Shown piece by piece: positions 49,296 to 63,507 of a stretch of DNA of 64,000 nt. The notes below the pieces were generated by a model, which saw only the letters and a program-made list of their open reading frames with translations, did not search any database and had not been told where the DNA came from. Source of the DNA: Octopus sinensis (Eukaryota); assembly GCF_006345805.1 (NCBI RefSeq), contig NC_043002.1:46562001-46626000 (forward strand), written 5' to 3'. Positions within the stretch are counted from its first letter, which is position 1; every line of letters starts with the position of its first letter. A program made the position numbers and the translations under genes.

Positions 49296-51239
49296 TAATA
49301 GCGAAGTAATAATTCTTACAGAAAGCGTATGCATTAACGGGAATTGGAAAATGAGTGAAGCTATAGAAAGCAAAATGTTTTTCATAAATAGAAGAGATAC
49401 CATGCAATTTCAAAATGGATTTAGAAAGCTTTTACTCTTAGCTGTGAAGGGCATTGTCCACTTTGCTTAATTTGTGAGAAATATTTAGTGAATAAAAGCA
49501 AGAACACCCTCTAAATTAAAAAGACACATTGGTATTAGACGTCTCTTTAATTTTCAAAGATTACAGAAATCTTCAAAATAGCATGAGCAATTTTTTTTAC
49601 ATATAACTAAATTGTAGAATTTATTGAAAAGGTTTTTGGAGGTATCAAATTTGTTATTCATTTGGGTGAACAGACTGCCATTATTAATGCGACTCGACTT
49701 TTGCTTGAGTTAATTATTTGTATAAAAACAATGCACAAGAACTTTCTGTTTTATCGAATATTAGATGGACATATAACAGTTGAAAATGTTTTCCACAAAG
49801 TGGATAGTCTATTTTAAAAGGAAATAGGTCCAATGTACCAGTAGAGCAGGAACAAGACAGAAAAAAAATGTTGAATTTCATGTGAAAAGTTAAAACATTG
49901 TTACGGGAATATTTAGCAAATCACTGACTGGAAATCGATTCCGAATCACTGTATTCACATGCAAAAATAACAATAAACAAAAACAGGATTTTGTCAAGAA
50001 TTGATGACATCAGAAAAAACTGGCCATTCAAATCAATAGACGTAGCAATTGTTTAACTCATTAAATCACGGTGATGTAGGGAAAAAAGCGTTGCTTTGGA
50101 CAAACAACTTATTGAACTGTTATTAACAATTTCGTCTGTGGTGCCTTTTTCTTTGGTAGCAGTTATATGTAGTTTGATTTTTCTTCTTATACACCAGTGA
50201 CCTATGACAGCGGCTGTCCTTGTTGGGACGTAATATCTCATATGAACTACTGGACAGATTCACTTGACATCAATAGCTCTTTTTCTGTCGTTCATTAGAT
50301 CGACACATTGTTTTGTTAACGGCGATTAAATATTATGTATTTGAAACTTCACACAGATTTCTTGCTCATTCACCTCTTAACTCAACCAAAGTATATCTTC
50401 GTTATGCTGGTGTCAACCGAATCGAAATAATTTTCCGTTAAAACTTCAAGTTATGCACCTACATTTCCTCGTTACGTGATTCATCGAGAGAATTCTATGG
50501 TGCTAAGCGAGGTAACACAAGATGCACACCGGCCTTTCACATCAGACCGTAAACAAATAAAAGAAAACACACACAGACATACACCCACTCACACACCCAC
50601 TCTCTCTCTCATACACCGACACACACACTCACACTCACACACCCATACCCTCACACACACACTCACACACACGCTCACACATGTACACTCACACACACTC
50701 TCTCTCTCTCATACACACTCATACACAAAATACATATACACATATACAGTTATACACCCCTACATTTACATACATAACACACACATATCCATGAAATACA
50801 CCCACACATATACACGTATAAATACGCTCACACATGAACACACATACATACATACATATACATACATACATACATACATACATGTGACTGAGTGTGAGTG
50901 TGTGTGTGTGTTTGCCTGTATATGCGTGAGCGCGCGCACAAAAGTTTACCAGTACATTACTATGCAAACGTATATAAATATAAAATACATCCACATACAT
51001 GTGTATGTGTGTGTGTGTATACACACGTTACTGAATATGTTTCCATATAAATACATATAGAGATATATACGTACACACACTTTTATACAAAAATGTTTAT
51101 TCCGCATGCACGATTCTTGCATGCATATACATATGCGCTCAACTGCATAATAACGCATTTATACATATGCATTTATCTATTGTCCATCACCCTACAAGTG
51201 TTTATGAGGCTGTCATCTGCCTGTCTATTCGCCTGCCAT

Positions 51240-51490
<251 letters not shown>

Positions 51491-51687
51491 TGGACGTGCT
51501 GTCACTTCGACTCCGAAGGTAATCATTTATTTTGACTATTTATAGCTCAATTTTTGTGAACATTTTTGTAAATAAGTTGTGTAAGGCACCCAACTTTCGT
51601 TTGAGTGCTTTTCCAAGGGAGGAATTCGCCCCTAGGGGCAGTTTCAACCCCATTTCATTTCTGTAATTTTCTTCTTGACATTAGAAA

Positions 51688-53589
51688 ATGTCTAGAAATT
51701 TTATTGTAGAACGCTGGTCGCGTTCTTTTATTGACCAGCATTTTCCTAGTTTGGAAACAATAGGAGAAAAAAAGAACGTCCGCGCGCTAAGTGCAAATAT
51801 AAATATCGGTGAAATGAACCCTGCAACCACGTGCGGTAACAGTCCTGTCACCACCGCCACCACCACCACTAACAACAGCAACCACGAGACTACTACTGCT
51901 ACCACCACCACCTCCACCACCACCACCACCACCACTACCACGACCAACATAAATGATAAAAATAAAACTCGCACGAAAACTATTGACAAAAAAAACAGCA
52001 ACAACAAGAACAACAATAAAAATGAACTATCTAATAGTGAAGATGTTAATACAAAAAAATCAACAACAGTAAATTTCGCGGACACTCTTCGCCAGAAGAA
52101 AGAAATAGTAACATTCACAAATGAAGAGCTCATAGAAACAAGAGCTCTCTTTACAACCCGTGGACAAGATTTAGTGCTGCATACACCTCAACATATAAAG
52201 CAAGAAATAGAAAATAAGACAATTGTATATAAAATTATTAGAAAAAACAAAAAACTAAATGAACAGATTACAAAAACTGATGTGGAAAAATGTTTAAAAA
52301 ACATAATGAAAGAAAAAGAGTATATAAACTGTTAATAACTGTATATAAACAGTTTAACACAGTAGTGGTCCGCTTCCCTAACCAGGAAGTGGCAAAAGCT
52401 CACTCTACTGAGTCTCTGGGAAATGATGAAATCATCATGGTCCCATACTACAAAAACAGAGAGTGAGTCGAATCACAATTAAAAATGTACCTCCCGAGCT
52501 TCCTAACAAATGGATAACAGGGGCAATCTGTTACCATTTAAAAAATATTAATATTTTGGAGACCGCCGTGTAACCTGGCGACATTTGGGGTGGGAAAACA
52601 ATAGTGGTGACCATCCAGATTGAGGGGGCCTCTATCGAGAGCCTACCGGATAAGATCCACTTGGAGAATGGGCAATGCCTATATGTTGTGGCAGAAGGCA
52701 AAAAGCCTAGATGCTACAAATGTGGCAGCCCCGAACATTTGATTGCCAAGTGCGATCTGGTACAGAAAAAAGAAGAAAGAACAAATCAGAAAACAAATAA
52801 AATCCCTTTGTTGCCAACACCAACACCAACACACTCAATTATAGAACAATGCCAAGAAAAACAACAAACCAACGAACAAACCGCAACAACATCACCAAGA
52901 AAAGAAACAGTACCAACACAATCACCGTTGACTTCACAACCAATTAAACCTGTTGAATTAACAAAAAATAGACCCACACCCACACCCAGGACGACAATTA
53001 AAAAGACAGAAAACACTGACGAGAAGACAAATGCTACCCCTAACACCACAACAACACAAACACCGCACAAAACATCAACAATTTATACAAGCATACATAG
53101 TAATGCAAATGTTTTGCCTCTACCCCATACTGATACGTCGGACGACGAAAGTTCGACGGAATGGCAAATAGCCACAGGGGGTAAAAGAAAAAGATCCAAA
53201 AAATCCACCAAACAAGGAAGTAAAGCAGGGAGATATCTAACTCAGGACAACATCCCCCTAGACAATCAAAAAAGTAATGAACCGTAAAACCACACACACA
53301 ACTAACTGCAATAGACACAGACAATAAAGAATTAATGGACTACATCAAATCTAACATGGTCATCTGTGAAGATGACTTTAAGACAAACAATCATCCGCAC
53401 ACCACACCACCGAAACACATCAGAATTTTACACATAACATAAGCACAACACCACATACTGAAAACAATATTTCCGAATGCGGTAGGCGGGTATCAACGAC
53501 ACCTGTCGAAAAAACTATACAAACACCTCATCAAAAACAATACAAAAGAAGAAGAAGAAAAAAATGAAACTTTTAAAATGAGTAAGTGA
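51688..53589 (+). pseudogene. Tx1 ORF1 (gag-like; RRM-like region and CX2CX4HX4C zinc knuckle), disrupted
   Basis: ORFs 51688-52335 and 52604-53287; CYKCGSPEHLIAKC at 52712-52753; tail frame ends ...TFKMSK* at 53589; several stops and frameshifts. Confidence 0.8.
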
Positions 53590-53646
53590 CCTCACTTCTT
53601 GCCTCTTGTCTCTTCTAATATAGTGTGTAAAACACAATTTTCGTAA

Positions 53647-56600
53647 ATGTCAAGTATGCTTAAATTAGGTTGTGTGAATGCGCGTGGCTTGGCGTCGGCT
53701 TGGAAGCAAGGTTACCTTCTAAACGACATCAAGTCACTGGACATGGATATAGTAGCTATCAGTGAAACCAGACTCAGTAAGCCGCGGGCCCTCGAGTCCA
53801 TGTTTGGCAATCAATTTGACATTTATTTTTCTCCCTGTCTGCCGAACATGGGTGGTGGAGGTACTGCGGTGCTTTTTCGAAAGAGTCTAAAGGTAAAAGT
53901 AAGAGCAATATTCCTAGACCCGGAGGGTAGGCTGGTTGTCTTGGACGTGGATGGCAGAAATGGGTGTGCATTCCGTCTGATGGCAGTTTATGCACCGTCC
54001 TTAACGGGTCGGGCGGATTTCTTCAGACGTCTAGAGGTTTTCCTGAGTACGTCTAGACCTTTACTGTTAGTAGGGGATTGGAACGCTACCTTGGACACGC
54101 ATCTAGATTATGTGGGAAGGGATAGGAATAGAAGGGGGTGTAAGAGCCTCAAAGACCTGCTCAGACGTTTCCATTTGTCTGACAGGTTCCGACTCGACCA
54201 TCCGAACGTGCCAACGTGGACTTGGACAAACCGCGCCGGATCGTCGAGATCTTATCTAGATAGAATTCTATGCAGGACAGCGGATAGGGATAGTGTAGGA
54301 TGTCCACAATTTAAAATAGTCAGCTACACAGATCACAAATTTGTTACGTGTACGCTCGACTTAGATAAAACACATAGGCAGGGTCCCGGTTACTGGAAAC
54401 TGAACACGTCGCTGTTAGCGCGACAGGTTTACAGGAACCGGATTAGCGAGTTAATTAAGAGGGCGCAGACGGGAGCGGTCGTTAACAACCGCTGGTGGTA
54501 CGCCCTGAAAATGGCAATAAAATCGGAATCAATTAGGTTTAGCAAGGAATTAGCGATAGAACGAAATAGAGTAGAGGGAGACTTAGTTAAGAAACTAGAA
54601 GAGGCACTTACCACTGGCAGCGCAACCAAAGTGCTGGCTGCGAGGATGGCCCTCGACCAACACCTCAACGCCAAGCACGAAGGTTGCGTCGTCAGAGCTA
54701 AAATGCGTGCCTTAAGGAACGAAGGGATTGAAGCTGCGCGAGAGGCCCGGGTAGCGGAGGCGCAGCGTGGCAACAGATCAACCATTCGGTCTCTAATAGA
54801 TCAACAGGGATGCAGTTTACTCGAACCCGAAAGGATGTGTGAGGCCTTTCAACAGCACTTTGCTCGACTGTTTGGTGCGAGTGGTGGGTCGGAACGTGGG
54901 ATGGATTTCAGTGCCTACCTGACCGACCTGCCGCGGCTCTCGGCAAGAGAAGCGGAGTGTTGTGAAAGTCCCATCACAGCCGCTGACGTGTGGGATGCTA
55001 TGGCGGGCTGCGCGAGGGATAAGTCGCCTGGATTGGATGGTTTACCCTACGAGCTGTATTGTCGAATGCCAGACTTGTTTGGCGACCTCTTGGCATCAGT
55101 CTACTGCAACTGTCAACAAAACGGGAGAATCCCCGGTTTCGTGAGCCGAGGTGCAGTGACGTTGCTGAAGAAAGACTCAAACAAGGGGAATTTTATAGAT
55201 AATTTCAGGCCCATCACTCTGCTCAACGCAGATTTGAAAATTTTGGACAAAGTAATAGCCGAGAGGTTGGCGCTTGTCATTGGTAAACTGGTCGACAGGG
55301 CGCAAACATGCGCCGTGCCGGGCAGAAACATACATGACAACCTCCATCTGATGCGCTACATTGTGGACAGGGTAGTTAAGGATCCTGGCATGGGTGGGGC
55401 GCTGATAAATTTGGATCAGTCTAAAGCCTTCGATAGGGTCGACCATCGGTACTTGGCGGCCGTCCTCAGGGCGGCTGGCTTCGGTCCCGTCTTCCGCGGT
55501 TGGATCGCTGCCTTGTATAGCGGCATCCGATCGGTGATTCGGGTGAACGGTCACCTGTCGAAACCGTTTGACATCACGCGTTCGGTCCGTCAGGGGTGTC
55601 CCATGTCGGCGCTTCTGTATGTATTGACTCTCGAGCCGCTACTGCGGAAGCTGGCGACACTGAGGGGCATCCCATGGGAACTGGGTTGCGGGACGAGCGT
55701 GTCGGCATATGCGGACGATGTCACCGTCATAGTGTCGAGCGACAAACACATCAAGATGATAGGCGAGACCTAAGAAAATACGAAACGGTGACGGGAGCAA
55801 AGATTAACCCGGAAAAGTCAGTGGGTTTGCTACTCGGCACCTGGAGAAGCAAGCCCATGCCGTCCGACTGCGGCTCAGTAGTGGGACGCTGGACGGACGG
55901 ACCGGTTAAATTGCTCGGGGTCTGGTTCAGTCCGGACCTCCAAATGGATAAGAACTGGGACGAGATCACGAGTAGAGTGGTCGCTCTCAGCCAAACATGG
56001 GCCGAGAGAAAGCTTCTCTAAAAGGCCGGGCGGAGGTGGCGAACGCGTACATCGCATCCGTCATCGATTACCGCTTGACCGTCGTACCTTGTCCCGACGC
56101 CACCATCACCAAACTGGAACGCATACTCACTCTTCCGCTTCCTGTGGAAGGGTGGCGTTCCGATGGTGAGGAAGTCCATTTGCTGTCAACATCCGTTGAA
56201 TGGAGGACTGGGCATGCCGTGGTTGATGATGCGCAGGCATGCGCTGAGACTGCGACATCTCTGGAAATTCATCGACGACGGTGAACAGGTGTGGGCGCCG
56301 TTTGTGAGGCGTGACTTCCCGCAGCACGTCTCACTGACCGAACTGCAAACGTGGATTAAAAAGAGACCGAAACTGGGCGATTGGCACCGAGAGTGTCGCC
56401 AAGCTCTACAGCAGCTCTGCCGACCGGGGTCAAACTTGTGCAACTTTCAAACGACTAAAGCGTTCTATAGAGGACTAGTGGAGGGGAGGTCCGACGACAC
56501 ACTCGGGGCAAACCTGGGCGTCGACGAAGAATTCCTAACCCGCCTGTTCAGGACGACGTTCGGGCCGGGGCCTATGGATAACTTCCAGAAATCCCTGGCT

Positions 56601-57097
56601 TGGCAGTGCTATCGAGACGCACTACCTGTTCGAGAGAAGAGCTACAGACACGGTTCGAAAACCATCACCGGACCGACCTGCCCGAGATGCGGTCAGAGCG
56701 ACGAAACCGTTCTGCACGCACTCGTGCAGTGTCCAGATATTTCAGAGCTGTGGTCCTTCGTCGAACAGCTGTTGTCACGTGTAGGTCAGGCTCGCCTATC
56801 GGCCGAGTCTATCGTGAATATTGTTCCACCACCTTCCTTTAAACGGGAAGGGAAAACGGTTTTCGTTACGCTGATGGCTATGGCGAAAGAATGTGTGTGG
56901 TGGACGCGTTTGAAAGGACTGCAAACAAACCCTTCCTCTCTGGTCAGTCTCTCGTCAACTTTTTCAAGTACCACTTGAAAAGGAGGATGAGAATATAGAG
57001 GAAGGCTTTGTCGAACGAATGTTTTAATAAAAAGTGGGTAAAAGTGGCAAAAATGGTCAGTATGAAAGACAACACTATTTTAAGCATAAATCTGTAA
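53647..57097 (+). pseudogene. Tx1 ORF2 (APE endonuclease, reverse transcriptase, C-terminal zinc motif), at least 4 frameshifts
   Basis: NARGL, SET, GDWN, YLDRI, SYTDH (APE); KSPGLDG, NFRPITLLN, DQSKAFDRV, VRQGCP, YADD (RT) in 53647-55773; continues in 55596-56021, 55997-56284, 56163-56978 (CPRCGQSDETVLHALVQC) and ends SINL* at 57097. Confidence 0.93.
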
Positions 57098-57504
57098 CCA
57101 AAAGAGACAACGAGAAGTAAGGCGACTTACTCATGTGTTCTTTTTCGAATTGCCTGAGGTGACCTTGGTCTTTTTTGTAGGTTTTTCTTTCCAAGGCTAC
57201 ACCTAAACTGTGAACCTTATATATATATACATATTGCTTTTTTATACACCACACAACCCACAGATCCCTATTGATCAAACGTTTTTTTGTTTTTTTTTTG
57301 CCCCACCCATCCCACCTCGAAAAGAAAAAAATTCTACATTGTATTTCGTCCATTTTTATTCTGTGTTTAGCCCTGTGTGGCTACAATAAAAAGTTATCTA
57401 TCTATCTGCCTGTCTCTCTGTCTGTCTATCCGAGAGTATATCATGTGATAACATATATACTTTCACACACACACACACACACACACACATAAACTTCATT
57501 TTTA

Positions 57505-57770
57505 CGTGTCTTCAGTCATTGGTCTGCGGTCGTGCTGGAGCAACGCTTTAAACGGTTTAGTTGAACAAATCGACCCAGTACTTATTTTTCCAATTTTGGT
57601 ATTCATCTGACAGTCTTTTTTTTTGGTGCCGAACCGCTGATTTATGGGGACGTAAACAAGCAAGCACCGGTTGTGAAACGGTGCCTGGAGCAAATACAAA
57701 GATATACACACACATGTACACACATACGCAAATACATACAAGCACGCACGCACATACGAGCCCGCGCGCG

Positions 57771-57811
<41 letters not shown>

Positions 57812-58025
57812 CGGTATATCTTTTGTCTTTTATTAGTTTCTGATACTGGACGGCAGCCACATTGGGGCATGTCTTTGGAAAAGAACGGGCTTCCACATTG
57901 TTTCTGTCTGCCAAATTCATTCATAAGGTACTGGTCAACCTGGGGCTATAGTAGATCTTCACCCAAGGTGCCATCTAGTGGGACAGAACCCGAATCCAAG
58001 TGGTTGCAAAGCGAGCTTCCTAACA
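57505..58025 (-). mobile_element. SINE family B copy with expanded internal CA/CG tract
   Basis: cttcagtcattgg..gaacaaatcgaccc..ggggacgtaaac..cccaaggtgcc..gtgggacagaaccc. Confidence 0.75.
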
Positions 58026-58419
58026 AAGCAGCTATCACTCTGTGCGTGTGCGTATAGCGCGTATAGTGTCATGTTTGGATGTATGGATATATGCATACAT
58101 GCATTCTCTCAGCTTTGTTGTTACGTTTAGTTGCATAGCAATTTATTTATCTAGCTTTGCCTCTTTGTCTGCGTTTAGCTGTCAACACATTCGGCAGTTT
58201 ATCCACATTTCTATCTATTAGTCTATGTCTGTACTTCTGTCTGCTTATTTATATATCTTTTTTTTGAATGCGGTAATTAAAACAATTTACATGATAAAAT
58301 CAGCATTTTGTAAAATGAAAAAAATCTAAGTGATTAAGAATTTAAGAATGAAACAAATAACAAATCCAGAAGTTTAAAAAAAAGGGAAAAAATAGAAAAG
58401 AAAATTAAAATGACAATCG

Positions 58420-58765
58420 GCAGTTTCACGGGGAAGAATGGTATTTAATGTTACCAACCTCGAAAGGATGAAAGGCAAAGCCGACCCCGGCTGAATTTGA
58501 AATGAGAATGTAAAGACAGGCGAAATACCTATTTCTATTTCTTTACTACCCACAAGGGGCTAAACACAGAGGAGACAAACAAGGACAGACACACGATTAA
58601 GTCGATTACATTGACCCCAGTGCGTAACTGGTACTTAATTTATCGACCACGAAAGGATGAAAGGCAAAGTCGACCTCGGCGGAATTTGAACTCAGAACGT
58701 AACGGCAGACGAAATACCGCTAAACATTTCGCCCGGCGTGCCAACGATTCTATCAGCTCGCTGAC
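58420..58765 (-). mobile_element. SINE family A: complete long-tail copy (58530-58765) next to a partial copy
   Basis: Family A core twice; long tail tttctttactacccacaaggggctaaacacagagg. Confidence 0.8.
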
Positions 58766-58775
58766 TTCATTAATG

Positions 58776-59075
58776 ATTGGAAGTGCTAATATGTCTTGGT
58801 ATTAAAGATGGGCTTCCAGCTCTGCTCAACATCACAGATTTGCTTGTCAGTTGCTTGACCATAAGCAGTTGAGCACGTCCCATTGAGGCTGACGATATTT
58901 GTATCTCTGATCACGAACAGGAGTAGTGGGGAGCAAACCTTTATTCAGGGACCTTTTGAGTAGGATGGGCTACTCTGGTGAACCTTTGTCAGACGAGTTG
59001 TCATGATAGGTTTATTGGGCTTCGTATATTTGTACCCCAGTGTCACTTTGGTAGCGTGCACTGCTCTTTCACGCA
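58776..59075 (+). mobile_element. Unclassified ~500-bp repeat, decayed and deleted copy 4
   Basis: tgattggaagtg..cacagatttgcttgtcagttg..ttattcagggaccttttgag..ccccagtgtcactttg match copy 3. Confidence 0.7.
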
Positions 59076-59099
59076 GCAGCATAAATAATTCTTCGTGCT

Positions 59100-59294
59100 T
59101 TAGGTACAAAGCCTGAAATTTTGGGTGAGGGGCATAGTCGATTATATCGACCCCAGTACTGGATTGCTACTCATTTTATCGGCCTTGAAAGAATGAAAGG
59201 CAAAGCGGAATTTGAACTTAGAACGTAAAGCCGGGAGAAATGCCGTGAAGCATTTTGTCCGCTGCCGCAACGATTCTACTAGCTAGCTGCCATA

Positions 59295-59353
<59 letters not shown>

Positions 59354-59429
59354 TAATAATAATAATAATAAGTCTCTGGGTGAGACTTGGAGCCAACTTG
59401 TACGAATGTAAAGCAAAAGTCAAACATAA

Positions 59430-59472
<43 letters not shown>

Positions 59473-59665
59473 TAATAATAATAATAATAATAATAAAGGA
59501 AGTGACTAGACGATTACATTGATCCAAGTACTCGACTAGTACTTATTTCATCGACCTCGAAAGGATGAAAGGCAAAGTCAACCACGGTGGAATTTGAACT
59601 CAGAACGTAAAGACGGACGAAATGCCGCCGAACATTTTGAGCGATGCGCTTAAAATGCTTGGCGA
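59100..59665 (-). mobile_element. Two SINE family A copies around (TAA)n tracts
   Basis: Cores at 59100-59295 and 59500-59665. Confidence 0.75.
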
Positions 59666-60221
59666 ATAATAATAAAATGATGATGATAATAATAATAATA
59701 ATAATAATAATTGTCATTAATTTTATTAATGATATCATAATCATTTACAAATGAGAAAAAAATAACCAAATGCATGAATGTATGTGCATGGGCCTGCGGG
59801 AATATAAATGTGTATGTGTCTATGTATGTGTGTGCATGCATGTATGCATGTGAGTTTATTAATGCTAATGAGTGTGTATGCAGATACAGTAGGATTTCCT
59901 TAATGGCATAATAATCCCTGGGGCAAATAAAAGCACTGCAGTTCTTACAAACGCAACCAACGTGCATGCTACAGTATGCATAAATTAGTATCGGGTTCCT
60001 AGATTCGTGGGTCCCCTGGACAACTGCCCAATGTGTCTAAAGACAATACTGAGCACATGCATCTGTCATACATCTTGTGAGAGAGAAATTGATAGTAAAA
60101 TGAACAGACAGATACAGGCATGAACAGACGCGCGTCCGCGCGTGTGTATTTATATGTATGTATGTATATAAATACATATATAGGTATATGTGTGTATGTG
60201 TGTGTATGTATATATATACGC

Positions 60222-60593
60222 TTTACTCTTTTACTTGTTTCAGTCATTTGACTGTGGCCATGCTGGAGCACCGCCTTTAGTCGAGCAAATCGACCCCAGG
60301 ATTTATTCTTTGCAAGCCTAGTACTTATTCTATCGGATTCTTTTGCCGAACCGCTAAGTTTCGGGGACGTAAACACAACAGCATCGGTTGTCAAGAGATG
60401 TTGGATGGGGGGACAAACAAACACACACACACACACATACGCATATATATTTCCGTCTACCAAGTCCACTTGTAAGGCTTTGGTCAGCCCGAGGCTACAG
60501 TAGAAGTCACCTGCACAAGGTGCCACCAGTGGGACTGAACCCGGAACCATGTGGTTCGCAAGAAAGTTACTTACCACACAGACACTCCTACGC
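60222..60593 (-). mobile_element. SINE family B, full length
   Basis: Collinear with 10865-11272; a further plus-strand partial copy lies at 60822-60940. Confidence 0.85.
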
Positions 60594-60640
60594 TCATATA
60601 TATATACACACATATAAATATATGCACGCAAACACACACA

Positions 60641-60685
<45 letters not shown>

Positions 60686-60765
60686 ACACACACGCACACA
60701 CGTGGATTCCGCTCCTTGAGCTCTGTGTGCTATGTTCCTATAAGGATCCTAATGAAATGCTTTTA

Positions 60766-60800
<35 letters not shown>

Positions 60801-60940
60801 CAACAATAATACTCAACCAAATGGCTCCGGGTTCAGTCCCACTGCATGGCACCTCGGGCAAGCGTCTTGTATAATAGTCTCGGGCCGACCAAAGCCTGTG
60901 AGTAGATTTGGTAGACGGAAACTGAAAGAAGCCCGTCGTA

Positions 60941-61002
<62 letters not shown>

Positions 61003-61254
61003 CATATAACTATGTATAAATAACTATATTATATATATATATTATATATATATACATATGAGAGGGATCCCCCTTATATGTATGTAATACAATTTTCTGA
61101 CCTTTCAGATTTTAATATGCTAGACCACTGGTTTTAAATTAATGTTAATCAAATTAATATCCAATGTTTCACCCTCATTTTAAATGATATATATATATAT
61201 ATATATATATATTCTACACCTGTCTGTCAATGTGTCTGTCCATCTATCTATCTA

Positions 61255-61319
<65 letters not shown>

Positions 61320-61417
61320 ACATTTTGTTCATATATATATATGTATATATATACAATTGTTCGTTTGTTTTCCACCTGCCTTCGTCTTTTGTTTATTTTC
61401 ATAAAGCTTCCCGTTAT

Positions 61418-61460
<43 letters not shown>

Positions 61461-61465
61461 ATATA

Positions 61466-61511
<46 letters not shown>

Positions 61512-62258
61512 CATATATATATATATACATATATATATACACATACTTACATATATATATGTATGTTCATGCGTGTATATATATGAATATATATATATAT
61601 GTGTGTGTGTGTATGAATATATACATATTCATGTGTGCATGTATGCATGCACGCATGCTTTATCATGAATGTGGATACGGTATACACATATGAAGGAACA
61701 AATGCTCACCAAGTAGTAGTAAAACATAACAGTTGCTGCATGAATAGAGTAGTTACAGCTGCAGTCAGAAAAATTGTGGTGGCGAATGAAAGGAAAAAGA
61801 AGCGTGCTACAGCTTGGCCAGAAGAACCCGGATATTCCCTGGTAGCATTGATGTTGTTCGGTGCTTATGCAGGGAGTGATACTGACGGAAGGTGCCGAAA
61901 TGGTTCTGATCCTTCATCATATGATAACTCATAAAGTGTGTATGATGTAAAATATATTTAAGTGCATTATGTGTATACATGGGTTGGTCTCTGTGAATAC
62001 GTGTGTGTGTGTGTGTATGTGTGTGCATGTGTGTGTGTATGTGTGTGTGTGTGTGTGTGTGTGCATGTGTGTGTGTGTGTATGTGTGTGTGCATCTGTGT
62101 GTGTATGTGTGTGCATCTGTGTGTGTGTATGTGTGTGTATACATACATATACATATATACATACCTATATATTTATCTATATACATACATACATACATAC
62201 ATACATTCACTTGTGTGTGCGAGTGTGTTCGTAAATGAGAGAGTTATTGAGTGAGAGT

Positions 62259-62309
<51 letters not shown>

Positions 62310-62474
62310 AGAAAGAGAGGGAGAGAGAGAATTGCAGCCGACAGACATTATCAAGAATGAAAAAAAGATGGAAATATTGTTTCCTTGATTCGATGGACAG
62401 ATTGGATATCTCCATTGTCAACCCAACCCATCTCCCTCTGTCCGTCTCTCTTTGCGTTTGTGTGTGTGTATGTA

Positions 62475-62521
<47 letters not shown>

Positions 62522-62551
62522 ACTTATAATACATACCTACACACACACACG

Positions 62552-62587
<36 letters not shown>

Positions 62588-62715
62588 CATATACACACAC
62601 ACTCATACATACATATATATACATTCATATATATACATACATATATTATATATACATATACGCGTGTATTAGGTATATATATATATATATACCTTTTGTT
62701 ATCTTACCGTTTTTA

Positions 62716-62758
<43 letters not shown>

Positions 62759-62888
62759 CATATACACACACACACTCATACATACATATATATACATTCA
62801 TATATATACATACATATAATATATATAAATATACGCGTGTATTAGGTATATATATATATATATACCTTTTGTTATCTTACCGTTTTTA

Positions 62889-62939
<51 letters not shown>

Positions 62940-63239
62940 CACTCATACATATGCATGCTATATATATATTATACATATACATATTCATGCATACACACAC
63001 ACACACACACATATATTTACATACATTACATATTATACAAACACATAAATACAAGCACGTAATGTGTCCTCGTTAAACGGTACTAATCGCGGAAAGTCTC
63101 CAATTCCACTTGAATGATTTTTTAAAGTTGACTAATAGTAAGGGCTAATAACGAATATGTATGTGTACGACAACAGAAATATTCTTTCTCTCCGCCGGTT
63201 ACGACGACGAGGGTCCCAGCTGATACGATCAACGGAACA

Positions 63240-63507
63240 GCTTGCTCGTGAAATTAACGTGCAAATGGCTGAGCATTCCACAGACACGTGTACCCTTAAC
63301 GTAGTTCTCGGGGATAATCAGCGTGACACAGAGAGTGACAAGGCTGACCCTTTGAAATACAAGTACAACTCATTTTTGCCAGTTGAGTGGACTGGAGCAA
63401 CGTGAAATAAAGTGTCTTGCTCAAGGACACAACGCGTCGCCGGGAATCGAACTCACAACCTTACGATCATGAGCCGAATGCCCTAACCACTAAGCCACGC
63501 GCCCTCA
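63240..63507 (-). mobile_element. SINE family C variant
   Basis: gtcttgctcaaggacacaacgcg..gggaatcgaactcacaacc..ccctaaccactaagccacgcgcc, as at 3100-3205. Confidence 0.75.

Noticed and set aside
51681-56974. Minus-strand and alternate-frame ORFs overlapping the Tx1 element
   Set aside because: They are shadows of the GC-richer or low-complexity coding strand and carry no independent motifs.
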